64,000 bases of DNA from Yuukianura sp. NJ FZ-2021 (taxonomy: Eukaryota), in NCBI GenBank assembly GCA_046563655.1, contig CM102285.1, positions 5,642,001-5,706,000 of the forward strand, written 5' to 3'. The translations under genes were made by a program, and so were the position numbers. This document shows positions 49,072 through 61,844 of this stretch, one piece after another. The notes below the pieces were generated by a model that searched no databases, was not told the DNA's origin, and saw only the letters and a list, made by a program, of their open reading frames with translations. Numbering within the stretch: the stretch's first letter is position 1; the number at the start of each line of letters is the position of its first letter.

Positions 49072-49761
49072 CTAAAAGGAAAGTCTGAAATCTATATCCG
49101 AATCGTAGACTGTCAATGTCTGGAATAGGACGCCTGGCCCAAGGGCCCTTGGAGTATTCCTTCCACTGAGAATCGGTATAGATAGAGGGTCGGCTGTGTC
49201 ATCATCGGATTTGACTTTTGAGACGCCATTTTCTTTGGTTTTTTGAATCGCTTCTTCCGGTTTTGTCTTCCAGTGATCAATGTCAAGTAGGTATTTGTCT
49301 CGAACAGCAATGACTGTGCCGTACTTTTCTTGATAAACTTTTACTCTTGGCAGTTTACTAATTTGCCCGCCGTTTCGGAGAAACAGATGAAACAGTTTGC
49401 CAATGAGCGTCGGTACAACTTCAAAATCCACTCTGGCTGCCGTACCATTTTGTTTAATGTAGACAGCTTTTGCGTCCGTTGTGTCCCGTTGTATTAGAAA
49501 ACAATCCAAAGGGGTTGGAAATTTTATTTGCTTACTTAATTTACTGTAGCTGGGCCACTCAATGCCTTCTGGCAATGCCACTGTGCAGTGACAATAACCG
49601 GAATTGACGCTAGTTGCTTCTGATTTTTCGATTGCTATTTCTCTAGACTTTTGTTTGTGACTAGTTGAAGACGCAAAAAGTAAGACTGAGTGTAAAGAAA
49701 GAAAGTCTATGAAAGTTTTAAAGGCACCTTTTTTTGATTTTTCTCGATGGACATGAGTCAT
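49072..49761 (-). CDS. Unknown protein, paralog C
   Basis: Motif RVDFEVVPTLIGKLFHLFLRNGGQISKLPRVKVYQ. Confidence 0.6.
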   Translation of the reverse strand: MTHVHREKSKKGAFKTFIDFLSLHSVLLFASSTSHKQKSREIAIEKSEATSVNSGYCHCTVALPEGIEWPSYSKLSKQIKFPTPLDCFLIQRDTTDAKAVYIKQNGTAARVDFEVVPTLIGKLFHLFLRNGGQISKLPRVKVYQEKYGTVIAVRDKYLLDIDHWKTKPEEAIQKTKENGVSKVKSDDDTADPLSIPILSGRNTPRALGPGVLFQTLTVYDSDIDFRLSF

Positions 49762-50089
49762 CAGAGGGAGAGAGTGGAGGGGGGGGGGGTGCTCTTCCTG
49801 TTGGATTTGTCGAAGCCCATCGCGCTAGTGGAAGGGAAAAGGGGGCCTTCCACAGCGTAGTTGGTCAGCATTTTGTGTTTAGATTCTGTCACTTGTCTAC
49901 TCTGTGTTTCCGTGTTTACTCGTTCAAAGGGCTTCAATGGCTACATCAAAGTGCACCAAGTCTTATTCTTATTTAAAGACAAATGGAGAATGTTTTGAGT
50001 GTCCAGTCACTGCTTCAATTTTCGGTGGAATGCAAGTGGGAATGTCTGTTCTTCACCCGCTTCAAGTTCCAGAACTCGTGAGCATAATC

Positions 50090-50893
50090 TCAAAATCCAC
50101 CTTCACCATGGCCCATTGAGCACTTCTGACATTTGTAGCGGCCGGTCGCTTCATCGACGATCAGCAGAGGATATTTTCGTCTTTTGACAATAGACTCCAA
50201 TGGATCTCGTTCGTTTTCATTTGCATCCAAAGGTGGATCAGCGCGACGTCCTTCGATGGCTCTCGATGTAGCAGAGGTCAACGGAAGAGCGACAGCGAGT
50301 GTTTCGACTGAAACTGGCTCTTCGAGTGGAGGTAACGGCGGGGCTATGTCTGGAGTGAGTTCACGATGCGTAGATGTGTCCAGGATGGTGGCACGTGGTG
50401 GCAAATCGACAGGCATGGAGACAGAGGGATCCAGCGCTGGATGATGGTCATCCAGACCGAGCGAGCTAATTCCTGGAGGCTCCATTCCAACGGTTACAGT
50501 GGATTGAGCCTGTGTATAGGTTAGCTGGAGTCGATCGACTGCCCGTTGCCTGTCTGCTGCCCTCTCTACTTCCGCTTGAATTCCACGGGACGATCCTGGC
50601 TGTGGAGAAGCAAGCGCCTCCTGACGACGATCTGGAGATTTGCGACGAACAGGGGAAGACGTAAGAGTCGCAGAATCAACACTGCGTACACTGTGCGCTG
50701 GCGGACTTGATTCGGTGGAAACGCCTAAGACGACAGTAGTGGAGGCAGCGACGTGGGTACTAGTTGAGCTTTGCTGTGTTAACATTCTGTTTGAATAAGA
50801 CTTCATGGCCTCGAAGATATCCTGCATTCGGCGATTTGCCAGCTCAAAGTCGTACGGGAGTCCATTTGCATTTCGCTGTTCGCATTCGGCCAA
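50090..50893 (-). CDS. Low-complexity S/P/T-rich protein fragment ending in a truncated CxxC motif
   Basis: 267-aa ORF with coding-like GC content; ends YKCQKCSMGH then stop. Confidence 0.4.
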   Translation of the reverse strand: MAECEQRNANGLPYDFELANRRMQDIFEAMKSYSNRMLTQQSSTSTHVAASTTVVLGVSTESSPPAHSVRSVDSATLTSSPVRRKSPDRRQEALASPQPGSSRGIQAEVERAADRQRAVDRLQLTYTQAQSTVTVGMEPPGISSLGLDDHHPALDPSVSMPVDLPPRATILDTSTHRELTPDIAPPLPPLEEPVSVETLAVALPLTSATSRAIEGRRADPPLDANENERDPLESIVKRRKYPLLIVDEATGRYKCQKCSMGHGEGGF

Positions 50894-52928
50894 GTAATAC
50901 TCGGCGTCAACCTTGTAGGCAGGGATATAAAGAAATCTGTAAAAATAATAATTGTCATTAATTGAGGGTTTGCCTCTTAAACTAAGGGAAAAAAAACCTA
51001 ACCTATCATTCTTTCTTTTTTTTGCCTTTCATTTCAACCAAACTCATAAGAGTGAATAACCCATCGATAATGTAGAACATAACACAACATAACACAAAAT
51101 AAATTGAATCAAAATCAGCCAACTTACCTATCAGTAATGTATATGGGATCAAAAACACATTCATAGTGGTCGTTGCCCTTTTTGTCTTGTGCAATTCCTC
51201 GAATACCGACGATATCGTATTCGATACAATCAATCCCCACAATCCTATTCCGCTCCCTTTCTTGGGGACGATATGGCACGAGGTCAGCCGGATCTGCTGG
51301 AAGTGAGTCTTCAGAGTCCGACTCTTCGCTCGAGTCGGACGAACCGAAATAATTCTGCTTTCGACGGCGACACTACAATACACAACGATAAGTAAGAGCC
51401 ATTTACATAACAAATAAACATAACTCTATAATAATACATGAAAACCAACCAACAATCAACTCACCTTGGCAGCCAAACTCGCAGCCTTCCCACTAACTGA
51501 TGGTCTGAGGCCCACACGATTCTATTTAAAAAAAACAATGTTCAGTTCTAATTCAATACGCGTACAGTGAAAACTATTTTCGATTTGCATAAAAATACAT
51601 CAGTACCAAAACATATTAAAAAACAAAACATATAACTTACTCGAGTCAGACCAGGATCACGAACCACACCACTTCCTCCAGCAACTTCATTGATTGTGTT
51701 GGATACAAGATCCACATGTGGCTCTGCGCCAACGACAGCAGATTTACCAAACACTTTAACCATTTTTTTTTATAGTTAACAAAACAAACTGTAAAAAAAT
51801 GTAGACTCTTCCTCCCCTTGCAACAAACAACAAAATATCCCAAAAAAAAACAAAACAAACTAAAACAAATTCAAATCCTCCACCCCTCCCGCCAAAATCA
51901 AAATCCACCCTAGTCCCCTCCCCACGCAGGAAGAGGACGCCACGCCATTCCCTTATCCACACGAGGGTGGGGGGGGGGGGGGGAGGTAAGCAAACAACAT
52001 CATCTGGAACAATAGCGTTTAATCGATCCAGAAAAATCAATAAATCTGGAGCCTTGATCCACTTAGTCTACTAACTCCTTTCCACCACCTACCATAATGA
52101 GAGCTTCTGACAGGCACAAAATAACTAAAACTAGAACCAGAGTTATGCTTGCCAACTTCATAATCGCTCCGTTTGTTCTAAAAAAAAGAAAACAAAATTC
52201 TGACTTATTACTAAAACTCAGCGCACTTTAATTTAATCACACCAAAAACAAAACATGCATATTATTTTTTGATTTTGGTTTACCCGCGGTGGTAAGTATG
52301 ATAGTTGCATTAAGATAGCAAGTCCTCAGCACACGAAGAATCCAACTTTCAACTAGTCCATTCAACACTTGAAATGCTTCTGCAAATTGTGTCTAGTGAT
52401 CTAGGCGTCATCCTAATCTGCTCATGCCAATGTCCAGGCTTTGTGGCAGTTTAACTGTCTTCCTTCCCACCATTTTCTAACCCCGAAAAAGGCACTTAAT
52501 TTGTGCAAAAAAAAAATGATGAGGTCGCAATTTGATTCATTCAACATTATCAACGCAATGATTCTCCTTCCATTTGTTTTTTGTTTCTTATCGTATCTAT
52601 TACTGCTCTTTTCGTTTTAAAAAATTATTCACCCGTTTTCGATTTGCCCTTTGTCTTTACTAATACCCTTGACTCTAACAAGTTAACATTCGTATCAATA
52701 TTACAAGTCATGTGTGAATTGTGCTGAAAAATGTTAAGGAGTGAATTTTTTTGTGTATTTGGTTGGATTTGGTATAGGTTTGAAGTGCCTGAGGACGGTA
52801 GGACGTATTCAGGGAATTGATCAACGGGTTTACTGTCGCTACATTCTCCCGAGTACGGCCTTGCGATTGAATTTAGATAGGATGGATTGCCATCTCTTCA
52901 TCCGCTGTCCATTTTTTGATTCATTTCT

Positions 52929-53086
52929 GCAGTTTGCATCGCTATGCGTATTTGATTGGTGAACTGAGCACCAATTATTGTTTCGCTGATTCTGTCTATT
53001 CGAGTTGTTCGAAAATGTTTCGTATTGTTTCTGTTTCTGAAACAATTTGCGTCTGAATATCCATTTGTCTTGTGAAACGAACAATA
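52929..53086 (-). pseudogene. Two CX2HX4HX4C-type zinc knuckles (Gag-like), frameshifted relative to each other
   Basis: YCSFHKTNGYSDANC and WCSVHQSNTHSDANC in different frames. Confidence 0.5.
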
Positions 53087-53419
53087 TTGCCGACTCTGGA
53101 TTTCACTGGGCCCTGGGAGATCTACATTGTGCAGCGAGATGACCTTTGCGTGAGCAAAGTCTGCATAATTTGTGTGGACATTGAGCGCCGAAGTGATTTG
53201 GAGATGAACATGAATAGCATAATCCAGAATTTTGAGTTTGATTCCTTCCTGCAGTGAATTGTTGACCTCCTCTCTGTTTGAGCGGTTTCGAGTACCCTCC
53301 TTCTCGTGTATTGACTCCAAAGTGTGATTTAGGTTAGTAAATAATGGGAATGTGTGCACCTTACCTGCTAACTTTGCACATACGCTGTTGAGCCTTAACT
53401 GCGCGGTAAATACACCTTC

Positions 53420-53975
53420 TTATATATAGGCTCCGGCTGATACAAATATTTAAATCCAAGTTCGGTCATTGATGGTATTCTCCGGATGTACCCACGATGA
53501 CATCCCCTTTGTTTTGGACGGTTCTGGAGTAACGGATCCCTGCTCGTGCCATTGCACTGGGAGCCACCCCAACTCCATGTGCCTAAGTGCTCCTGGGCAT
53601 TTCGCGGAATGGCCAAGATTTCAGGTTCAACATGATCTTTCGCTAAGAAATAACCGATAATAAACCAAATTCTCGTCCGTATCCTCCGCATGAATTTCGG
53701 CAAGGGTAGTACTAGGGCTTTGGAGTTGAATGGAGTCAACATCCCAAAACCTTTGAAAACACCAAAGAAGTTATTTTTAATTAAGGAGAAATATAGAAGA
53801 ACGAAAATATTGTTTTTGAAATTTTTTTTTACATCAGGGAAAAGGTTTTGTTTGAAACTTTGAAAAACAATAAGCTTACAGTTAAAAAAGCAACAATCTT
53901 CGACGTGTGCTCCTGTACCCCGACCACCTTTGCTTAAATAGACCGCAGGAGTGGTCACAAAATGGATTCCAAGCT
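53420..53975 (-). pseudogene. KDM4/KDM5-like JmjC domain relic B
   Basis: VTTPAVYLSKGGRGTGAHVED (HxED at 53896-53907), intron, RIWFII, KCPGALRH, then a shifted frame AGIRYSRTVQNKGDVIVGTSGEYHQ*PNLDLNICIS. Confidence 0.7.
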
Positions 53976-54639
53976 AAAGAGTAACCGGAGAGTAACACTG
54001 ATTAGAAATAGAGTGGGAAGGAAACGAGAAATGTCAATTTATTACTACCCTTAAATGTCCAGGAATTTGAGGTAGATTGGGGTCAAATTTCTAGCAGCAT
54101 AACGGGTCCATAAATCAGTTGAGGTTGATGACGTTGTCGGGAGAGGAAGCAATTGTGACAGGACTCAGCTCCATATGAAATCGTTCAGATCCAGTGGTTT
54201 CCCGGAAAAATCTGTCAACTCCAGCGTGGTCCATACGTAATTCTTTTCACTAACATATATCCAGAGAAGAAAAATAAAATCAAAAAGAGAACAGCGAGTG
54301 AGAGGTTAATTCTTGAGAAACCAAAAATAAGGATACATGTGCTCTTTAATTTCCTGTTCAGTTCGAGTGTCCTAGGTATCGTGAAGAAGCACACGACTAA
54401 TTCCATGAACACCACTTTTGGTCTTAAATTCACGGAATGAGAAAATTCTTAGAACCATAAATTTTCTTTTAAAAAGCAACAATATATAACTGGAAATTTA
54501 TATACAAGCAAGGGAAAATTACCTTGATCTAGATGTACGTTCATACTACGAACTCGGGAGGTTCAAGCAGTAATGTCATTAAGGCTAGAGATGTGTGGCG
54601 CATCTTCAAGGGCGGAAAGTACTAAAGGCGACAACGGAA

Positions 54640-54990
54640 TAGCTCAGGATTGAAAAAAAGAACATGCCAACATATAAAGCAACTGATTCGTTGAAAAAAA
54701 AATAGGAGACAACCATGTACCTACTCCCTGGAAGAGTGACCACCATGTCACCCTTCCATTGCGCAAAAACTGTGTATTCAATTTCCCATTCAGTAAGAGT
54801 GCGGGGATGAATCATATAGCCCTTAGTTTTCAGTAGGGCATCATAGTTGATCTTAGTTATCGTTTTAATTTTCCGAACAAGCGTGTCAGAATTCTTCTTG
54901 TCGAAAAATATCCAAAATTTAGAATAACCATCAACCATGAGACTACAGCTAAAAATGCGGCAGCCCTCAACATGAGGTTGAGTCCTTCGG
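54640..54990 (-). pseudogene. KDM4/KDM5-like JmjC domain relic A
   Basis: TQPHVEGCRIFSCSLMVDGYSKFWIFF...DALLKTKGYMIHPRTLTEWEIEYTVFAQWKGDMVVTLPGSRY; distal His replaced by Tyr. Confidence 0.65.
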
Positions 54991-55266
54991 TGCGCCGATG
55001 ACCTTCACTGAAGTGGACGGCAGAGTTTGTCATAAAATGAATTCCAAGATTAAAGGTAACCTTAGGTTAACGGCGATTAAAAATAATAGTAGGAAGGAAA
55101 CGGGAAATGTACTGACCGAAGATGACCTTTGTTCTCTTCCATGGCCGCATTTTCAGTTTTTCCTCCTCCGACTTTCGGCGCATGGAAGTTGGTAACATGC
55201 GTGTCCTTTGGCAGTGTCCTTTCTTGCAAATTAGTTAGTGGTAACTGTTTACTATTATATTGTAAC

Positions 55267-56200
55267 TTACGCATTGTAACTATTCATGTTCTCATTTCCT
55301 GCAAAGAGAACAGGAGCGGAGAGGAAAAGTGAAAGCTCTTCCGCAGTCAGGACTGAAGGAAGTTTATCCAACGACCTCAATTGCAGCGCTTCAATGTCTT
55401 TTTCTTCTGGTTGCTCATATCGCACGCGCGGTAGAATTTCTTCTAACTTGGCTTGAGACTCATCTTGCCGCATAATTTCTGTCAGTATGACGCATTTGTT
55501 AAAATGTTCGTACGCCTGGATCCCGTCCAAGCACAAGCCTTCTGCATGCATTGACTTGTAGTATAAGGGTCGATCTGCCACTGGACTTAGCCTTTAACAT
55601 CAAGCATCATTATTATACGGTTTACACATTTATAAGTGGAACTTACTGTGCCAGGTCACCCATGGCCAGTACCGTTGGACCTCCAAACCGGTCTGTGTCC
55701 TGAAAATTGCGCGAAGTCTTCACTCCATGTATCCTAGGAGACCAACCCCATGCATAAAGACTTCGTCAATTATTAAAAGCCGTACTTCTTTCAACCTCTC
55801 CCGCGGAAAGTCGACGTATTCTTCTGGGTCATGCTTTCGATGACCTAAACGCAATGAGAGACCACTGTGAACAGTGATTCCTCCCGCCTTGAATCCCGCT
55901 GCACCCGCAAATGCAAAAACACAGAAACAAATCTTCTTCTTTTCAAGATAGCCTCTTAAATAGTGTATAATAAAACTTTGACTATAATAAAACCTAACTG
56001 AAATTTGAAAAAAAAATATTAATGCCAAATGAAATGCCTAAAGAAATAGCTGTTGACTTTCCTGTCCCAGCCGCGCCGTGATACAAAATGAATTCCTGGT
56101 TAAGAGCTTCGAGTGCTTCTGTGACCAGTTTAGCAGTTTGACGCTGCTTGTAATTGAGTTGCTCGAGTTTCACTTCCGGAAATACTCTGTTCACCGGCTG
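55267..56200 (-). pseudogene. PIF1-family SF1B helicase relic 1 (intron-containing)
   Basis: LNYKQR Q-motif, Walker A GAAGTGKS, GGITVHS, Walker B LLIIDE, FGG..VLAMGDLAQ|LSPV, LTEIMRQ; in-frame TGA at 55720 and a frameshift. Confidence 0.85.
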
Positions 56201-56349
56201 TGTTTTGCTGTACTCAATAAACGTGATTGGGTTGCTAGTACATTTTATTTCTGTGAATAAAATGCTTAAAATTGAATGCAAATCATATTATTACAAAAGT
56301 TAGTAAAGTGTCACGTGGCATTTAACCTCCAAAACCACGCGACACCTCC

Positions 56350-56538
56350 TCACATGACGAAGATAATTGTCAATCCGGTTTTATAATCCCGACAGCGGCA
56401 CTGATATATGTATTCTTTGCACCGCCTGGGGTGTATATTTTCGCAATGGCGCTTCAATGTAAATTTCGTCTTGAACGACATCCGACATCCCTTGCAGTAC
56501 AGAGACGAGAAGTCGATAGGTGGAGGTGAAGAATCCAA
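56350..56538 (-). CDS. C2H2 zinc-finger-containing exon fragment
   Basis: YCKGCRMSFKTKFTLKRHCENIH. Confidence 0.45.
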   Translation of the reverse strand: MDSSPPPIDFSSLYCKGCRMSFKTKFTLKRHCENIHPRRCKEYIYQCRCRDYKTGLTIIFVM

Positions 56539-59500
56539 TACGTCTTGTGCATCCGTTTGGATGGCTACACTTTGCGTCGTCCGTTTTGCAAAACAACGAT
56601 GCGGTCTATATATTTCGATCGTTGCAAAGCAACAGCGACAACAAAATCACACGTAGCTGTCGCTGAATTGTGGCTAAAAAAATCACAAAATTCAACATGA
56701 GGGTTTACAAAAAAAAAAAGTTTGACTGATATCACAACAATTTTTTTTTGAAGCCAATTTGAATAAATTGGAATTGTTTCCCTTGAGCTTGGACGGGCAA
56801 TTTCGCCTGAGTTGTTCCAAACTCTCTCCGACGTAGCGTGTTGAGCTTTGTTTTCAGTTCCGGTGGCATCTCCAACGGAATCTTAATCCAACTGAAGCTA
56901 AAGGAAAGAAAAAGAGAGCCAAAATTGGTATTAGAACTGAAAATAATTTTAAATTAATCACTCACGGATAGTAGTCGACTTCTTTGTCCCTATGACCTAC
57001 GAACATCTCTTCGTCGTGTTTTTCTTTATATTTTTTTTCATTTTATTGTCAACTGTGTCTCGATCCCCGAATTCGTAGTGCCGGCGCGTGGCTAAACGCC
57101 GTGACGGCGACGGCGACGGCGACGGCGATGATACTGATGAGATGATATTTGTCAAGTTTATGGCGGTTTTCTTGTAGAAGTGTCCAGTGCTCATTTGTCT
57201 GACCACTTGGACCAGGCGTCTCTTGCACAGGAGCCAGGCGCAAAGTAAATTTGCTGGCTAAATTCACAGAATTTTCGGTTCAAATTATAATGGAAATCAA
57301 AATTGAGACAAAATAAAACTTCACGGGCTAGGATCTAATGCGAGACGTCAGCAAAGTGAAAAACTTCGCCAATTCTACGTCCTCCATGGCATCCTGCAAG
57401 GAGTGACATTGGGATGATGAAGGAACCAGTTTTACGCCAATAATGCAATGCAATATGTGTAGGATTTCGACCAGTACATGATTAATGACTTGTTTCTGGT
57501 AATGACAACAAGCATTTGATCCAAAGTGCGCGTAGAGTGTCCATTTGACCTTAAGTGACCGTAACAGTGATAATGAACTGGTGATGTTTCTCCACTGCGG
57601 GTCCGTATGAGCTGTTTTCCACTGCTATTGTGATGACCCGGTGTGAGCGCTATAAACGCAATAAGCCACTCACACTCTAAGGCGCATAAGCCTATAAGCA
57701 TTAAGATTTATCTGGGCCCTATTGAGTTTTACGGTGAATTAATACCAAGGGTATGATATCGAAAATATCCGGAGTACACTATAAACCAAACAATACAAAT
57801 TAGAAAGTTAAATTTAAAGGCGGGTTTCTTCGAAAACTCGAATTATGAGTAAATGTAGTGAAAAAGTTGAAAGTTTATTTTACATTTGGACAGACGACCG
57901 GACTGAACCTCCCGAGAACTAAACCTGCGATCTAACGAAGAAAAATGATAACTGAAGTAAATTAAGCAGACAAGAGATGTTGTGGTTGAGACTAATCGGT
58001 ACCTTTTTTCACGGATATCTGGCTCTCAAATTTCAAACCTGAATGAAATCTTGGTCAAAGAAGATATAACGTTGACTAAATAAATTAATTAAGAAATTAA
58101 TTAAAAAATACGGATAAGCAAAGAACTAAAGTTTCACTCGGAAGGAATAGCTCATAGTAATTAAAATACGGAGCGACACAAGTTAATCCACCGAAAACCA
58201 TATTTCGTTTTGATTTCAATTCATTTTAAATATTCAAAAAAATCATAAAAAATCACGCGTGACATTGTAGGTTGGCTTGATTTCATTCGGATTTTATGTT
58301 GTAGGCGAGTGTGATCGCTGAAGACAACAGTCGGTCTTGGAACGACCTGTTCCCCACCCGCAACATAAAACCTAGCGTCGCGTGTTGTGGATGACTTTTG
58401 TATTCCTCCGACTATTGGTTTTTTGTAACCGCGTCGAACCCATTAAGGAAGACCGCACGGAAGTAGGACAAGTCAATCTGCCTCCTCGGAACAAATTCAC
58501 CGTCACAGTAAGCTTTGAGTTCGAAGAAATCCTTCCCGTGGCTCATTTTCCTAGGATTATCAAAGTTCACTTCGTTGAACACATGACACTCACTTGGCAA
58601 AGGCGTAACCTCAATTGAGTTGAAAAAGGTCGAAGTGAACAGTAGGATGCGTACAATGGCAGACAACTCTCTTCAAGAGTTGCCACTGAGGCGATTTGTG
58701 TTTGCACTTTCACTTCAGCTGAACAACAGGGTCACTGATTTTTCCCCGCCCAAAATCGGCATCTGTTCCGGATGTCATTCCGGACGTATGTCTCTCCACT
58801 CCTGAACCCACCAACTAAACACCGTACTTCTGCTCCCACGATACAAATAGTCACTACTAATCAGACAAATCAGAAATTAGTGATTTGTCTTTTTTAACTT
58901 AATTAAAATTCTGACCAACCTAAGTTAAACTTAACTCTATATTGCTCAAGTTTTAGTAAAAAAAAACCTCACGTACCAGCCCGGCTGCTAAAACGATAGC
59001 AGCCGTTTCTCAACACCCTGCAGGAACACCCTCGCGTACCTGGTCGGGCTGGGGGCATAGGTGTCAGGGGGAGCCGCGAGTTGATGTAGCGCCCATTGGA
59101 GCTATCCCTAATGAGGAAGCACACCCCCACCCCGCCTTCTCGCCTCGACTAGACGCACCTTTCCCCTAAACACTGAACACAGGGCCAGTTGAGGTCACAT
59201 TTGGGAGGGTCCCCGAAACCAGTAGCCCCAAACAAGACAACCACTGCCAAGTGACCCAAAAGAAACGTCAAATTTTCCTAAAACAATTTTAAATTTTTAC
59301 TTAATAATTTTATATTTCACACTAATTTTATTTATAAAAACTTACCATTTTCTCCTCCAGCAAAGTACAACCACAAAAGCAAAAGGAAGTGGGAGTCTGT
59401 ACAACTTTCACTTTCACGTGCTTTTGTTTACAACCGGTTGTACGTGCACACCTGCATTCACCTTTGTACCCACACACCTGGAACGAGTACATATGTGGAA

Positions 59501-59669
59501 ATTTTGACTTGAATTTAGTTTTTAAGTTGATTAGGCTGTTTTATCTCTTCAATATATTAAAATCTTCCAAAAAATTTAACACAATTGTTTTTAAGCAACG
59601 AATCGTTTCAACAATAAGAAAAATTAGTAGTTGGAATAAAAAAAAGTAATATCGCTAAAAAATATTAGT

Positions 59670-60050
59670 CGCACAATTTCCGTCAGCATCGCACACTTGT
59701 CAAAGTGTGGGTATGCTTTGGTTCTGTCCAATGTCAACCCTTCGGCATGCACAGACTTGTAATACAGATGTCTATCTGTCACTGGGCTTAGTCTGGAGAA
59801 GAATTAAGAAATCAGTTTCTATTGAAAATTCACTCCTAAATTTCGACTTACTGTGCTAGGTCACCCATGGCCAACACCGTGAGACCTCCGAATGGTTCGT
59901 GAGATCTAAAATTGGCACGAAATCGCCGCTCCATGTAGCCCAGCAGCCCAACCCCTAGCATAAACACTTCATCTATTGCAAGGAGCCGGACTCCTTTCAA
60001 GCGCCACCTTGGAAACTCGATTTTCATTCGGGTGGCGTTTTCTCAGTCAC
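59670..60050 (-). pseudogene. PIF1-family helicase relic 2 (partial duplicate)
   Basis: RLKGVRLLAIDEVFMLGLGLLGYMERRFRANFRSHEPFGGLTVLAMGDLAQ|LSPVTDRHLYYKSVHAEG; intron at the same position as in relic 1. Confidence 0.85.
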
Positions 60051-61844
60051 AAGAACCCAATGGTAACTGTAAAGGGAAAAAATGGTTTGCGATACTAATT
60101 CAAAATAGTTGATAAGTACAAAAGTAAAATAACTATAATTGTTGATTTTAATATTTTCTTACTGCTCAAAATCATTTTCTGCTGCTCCAAAACCGGCATA
60201 AGCTTGCTCTTGATAGTCTTGCTGTTTCTTATTTTCTGGCTCGTCACCGACGCGTCTAACCCAGAATACGTTGGTGATGTTCATATCATGAAATTGCGGC
60301 AAGATTCCTTCACGCTTCTTCAATCCCCCCCCCCTCCAGTTGTCTAATCGTTGAGTTGGAATTGGAAATTGGACGATTGGCAGCGAAGGAACTGGTGCCG
60401 TGCGGAGATTGTACACCCGGCGCTAGATTAATTTAAATTTGCATGTAAATTTTAGGAGCATTTTAAAAGATAATAAAAAAAATTACCCCTTCGACGACAA
60501 CCCCTTCTGTGTTAAAATCCGGATACACGACTGTGTTGTCCAATTCTTTCTGAAATAATTATTTTTGTTATTGTCGGAAAAACAAATTACTGTTAGGGGG
60601 AAATTGTTCAAAATTTAGGTGACGCCTCCATTTCTTCTCCAAGGTGCTTAACGGAAATTTGCTTGATTTGAGTTTTTTTTTGTTAACGTCAAGTTTAGAA
60701 AGAAACAAACTCAGCTGATGAATTAAAAACACAACTACTTTTTCACCCCCGAAAGTTTAGGGAGATAAAAACCGGAACTCAGCTGATGATTAAAACTACA
60801 TTTCCTCCCCGTTCGACTAAAAATGTATCCCCAGCGCCAGCAAGGAGTAAGACTGCACTTTTAGTACTTTTGCTGTAAACGAATACTTGTATCTATGTTG
60901 TGCTATTCCTTTCTTATGATTTACAAGAGTTGGGTTTGAGTTTGAACCGTATGAATGACATTGAACTCTAAAATTAGCTCTTATGGAAACCAAAGGCAGT
61001 CCTATACATTTTATGTGGTTTTTGATGATTTTTTATTTGATGGTAAATTGATGAATTTCTAAAATGTCTCGAAATGAAATCAAACACTAAAGTGCGAATT
61101 GTTAGTCTACTCGGCGGCTAACATTCGGTCTAGGTAAGTCCTGAGTGGTGACTTACCTGAATGCTGGTGGTCCTTTCCTTCTGTCCCCGGAGCCTGTCTG
61201 CCACCGAAGTAGTGTGAGTAACCCCGCCGGGCGGGATTCCTCACTTCGTCTCCACGCAGAGGTGTGTGACGGCACTCGGGATGAGGCTAGGTTCTCAGTC
61301 ATGTCCCGATGGTCAGTCAGTGAGTGGAGAGCGTTCGGTTGAGGAGGAGTTGTCCCCGAGATAGCTCCTCTTCCCAGCGCCTGTCACGGTGACGTCCAGT
61401 TACTGGAGTAGGGAGATTCTACAAGCAATAAAGGAGAGTAGCCACACGTTGCCTTCGTTTACTGTTTCCTTTGTGATGGCATTGAGCCATATTCTGCAGC
61501 CATGATCCGTAGAGCTGGCACCCAGGACCTGCGCCACCGCGGTGGTGTTCGGACCTGGGCACAGAGGTCAAGCAGCCAGTAGTCCGTCTGTTACGCGGCG
61601 ACGTATGCGGCCTGAGCCCTGGTTCACCCAGGACGAGAGGTCACATAATGGTCTTCGAACCGGATTGACTTTCTACCCAGCTCAAAGGTGATATTACGGC
61701 ACAAGGTAAGGTAGAATTAAAATTTTTTCTTTATTAAAATTGTTATCATTGTGTAATCTACGAACCCACCACCATCTACTTAGAACCCTCACCGAACGGC
61801 GACGCAACTTTAACACAAAAATATTGCGTGCAATTAAATGTAAC

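Noticed and set aside
53681..53700. EIHAED as a further JmjC HxE motif
   Set aside because: The better-supported HVED with its VTTPAVYL context lies upstream at 53896-53907, and this stretch reads RIWFII in the homologous frame; probably coincidental
58740..58810. GVERHTSG as a possible HUH Rep motif
   Set aside because: No following HxH or catalytic Tyr motif can be reconstructed, and the frame has multiple stops
61140..61710. GC-rich segment with AATAAA, possibly an LTR
   Set aside because: No second copy, TG...CA ends, PBS or TSD identifiable
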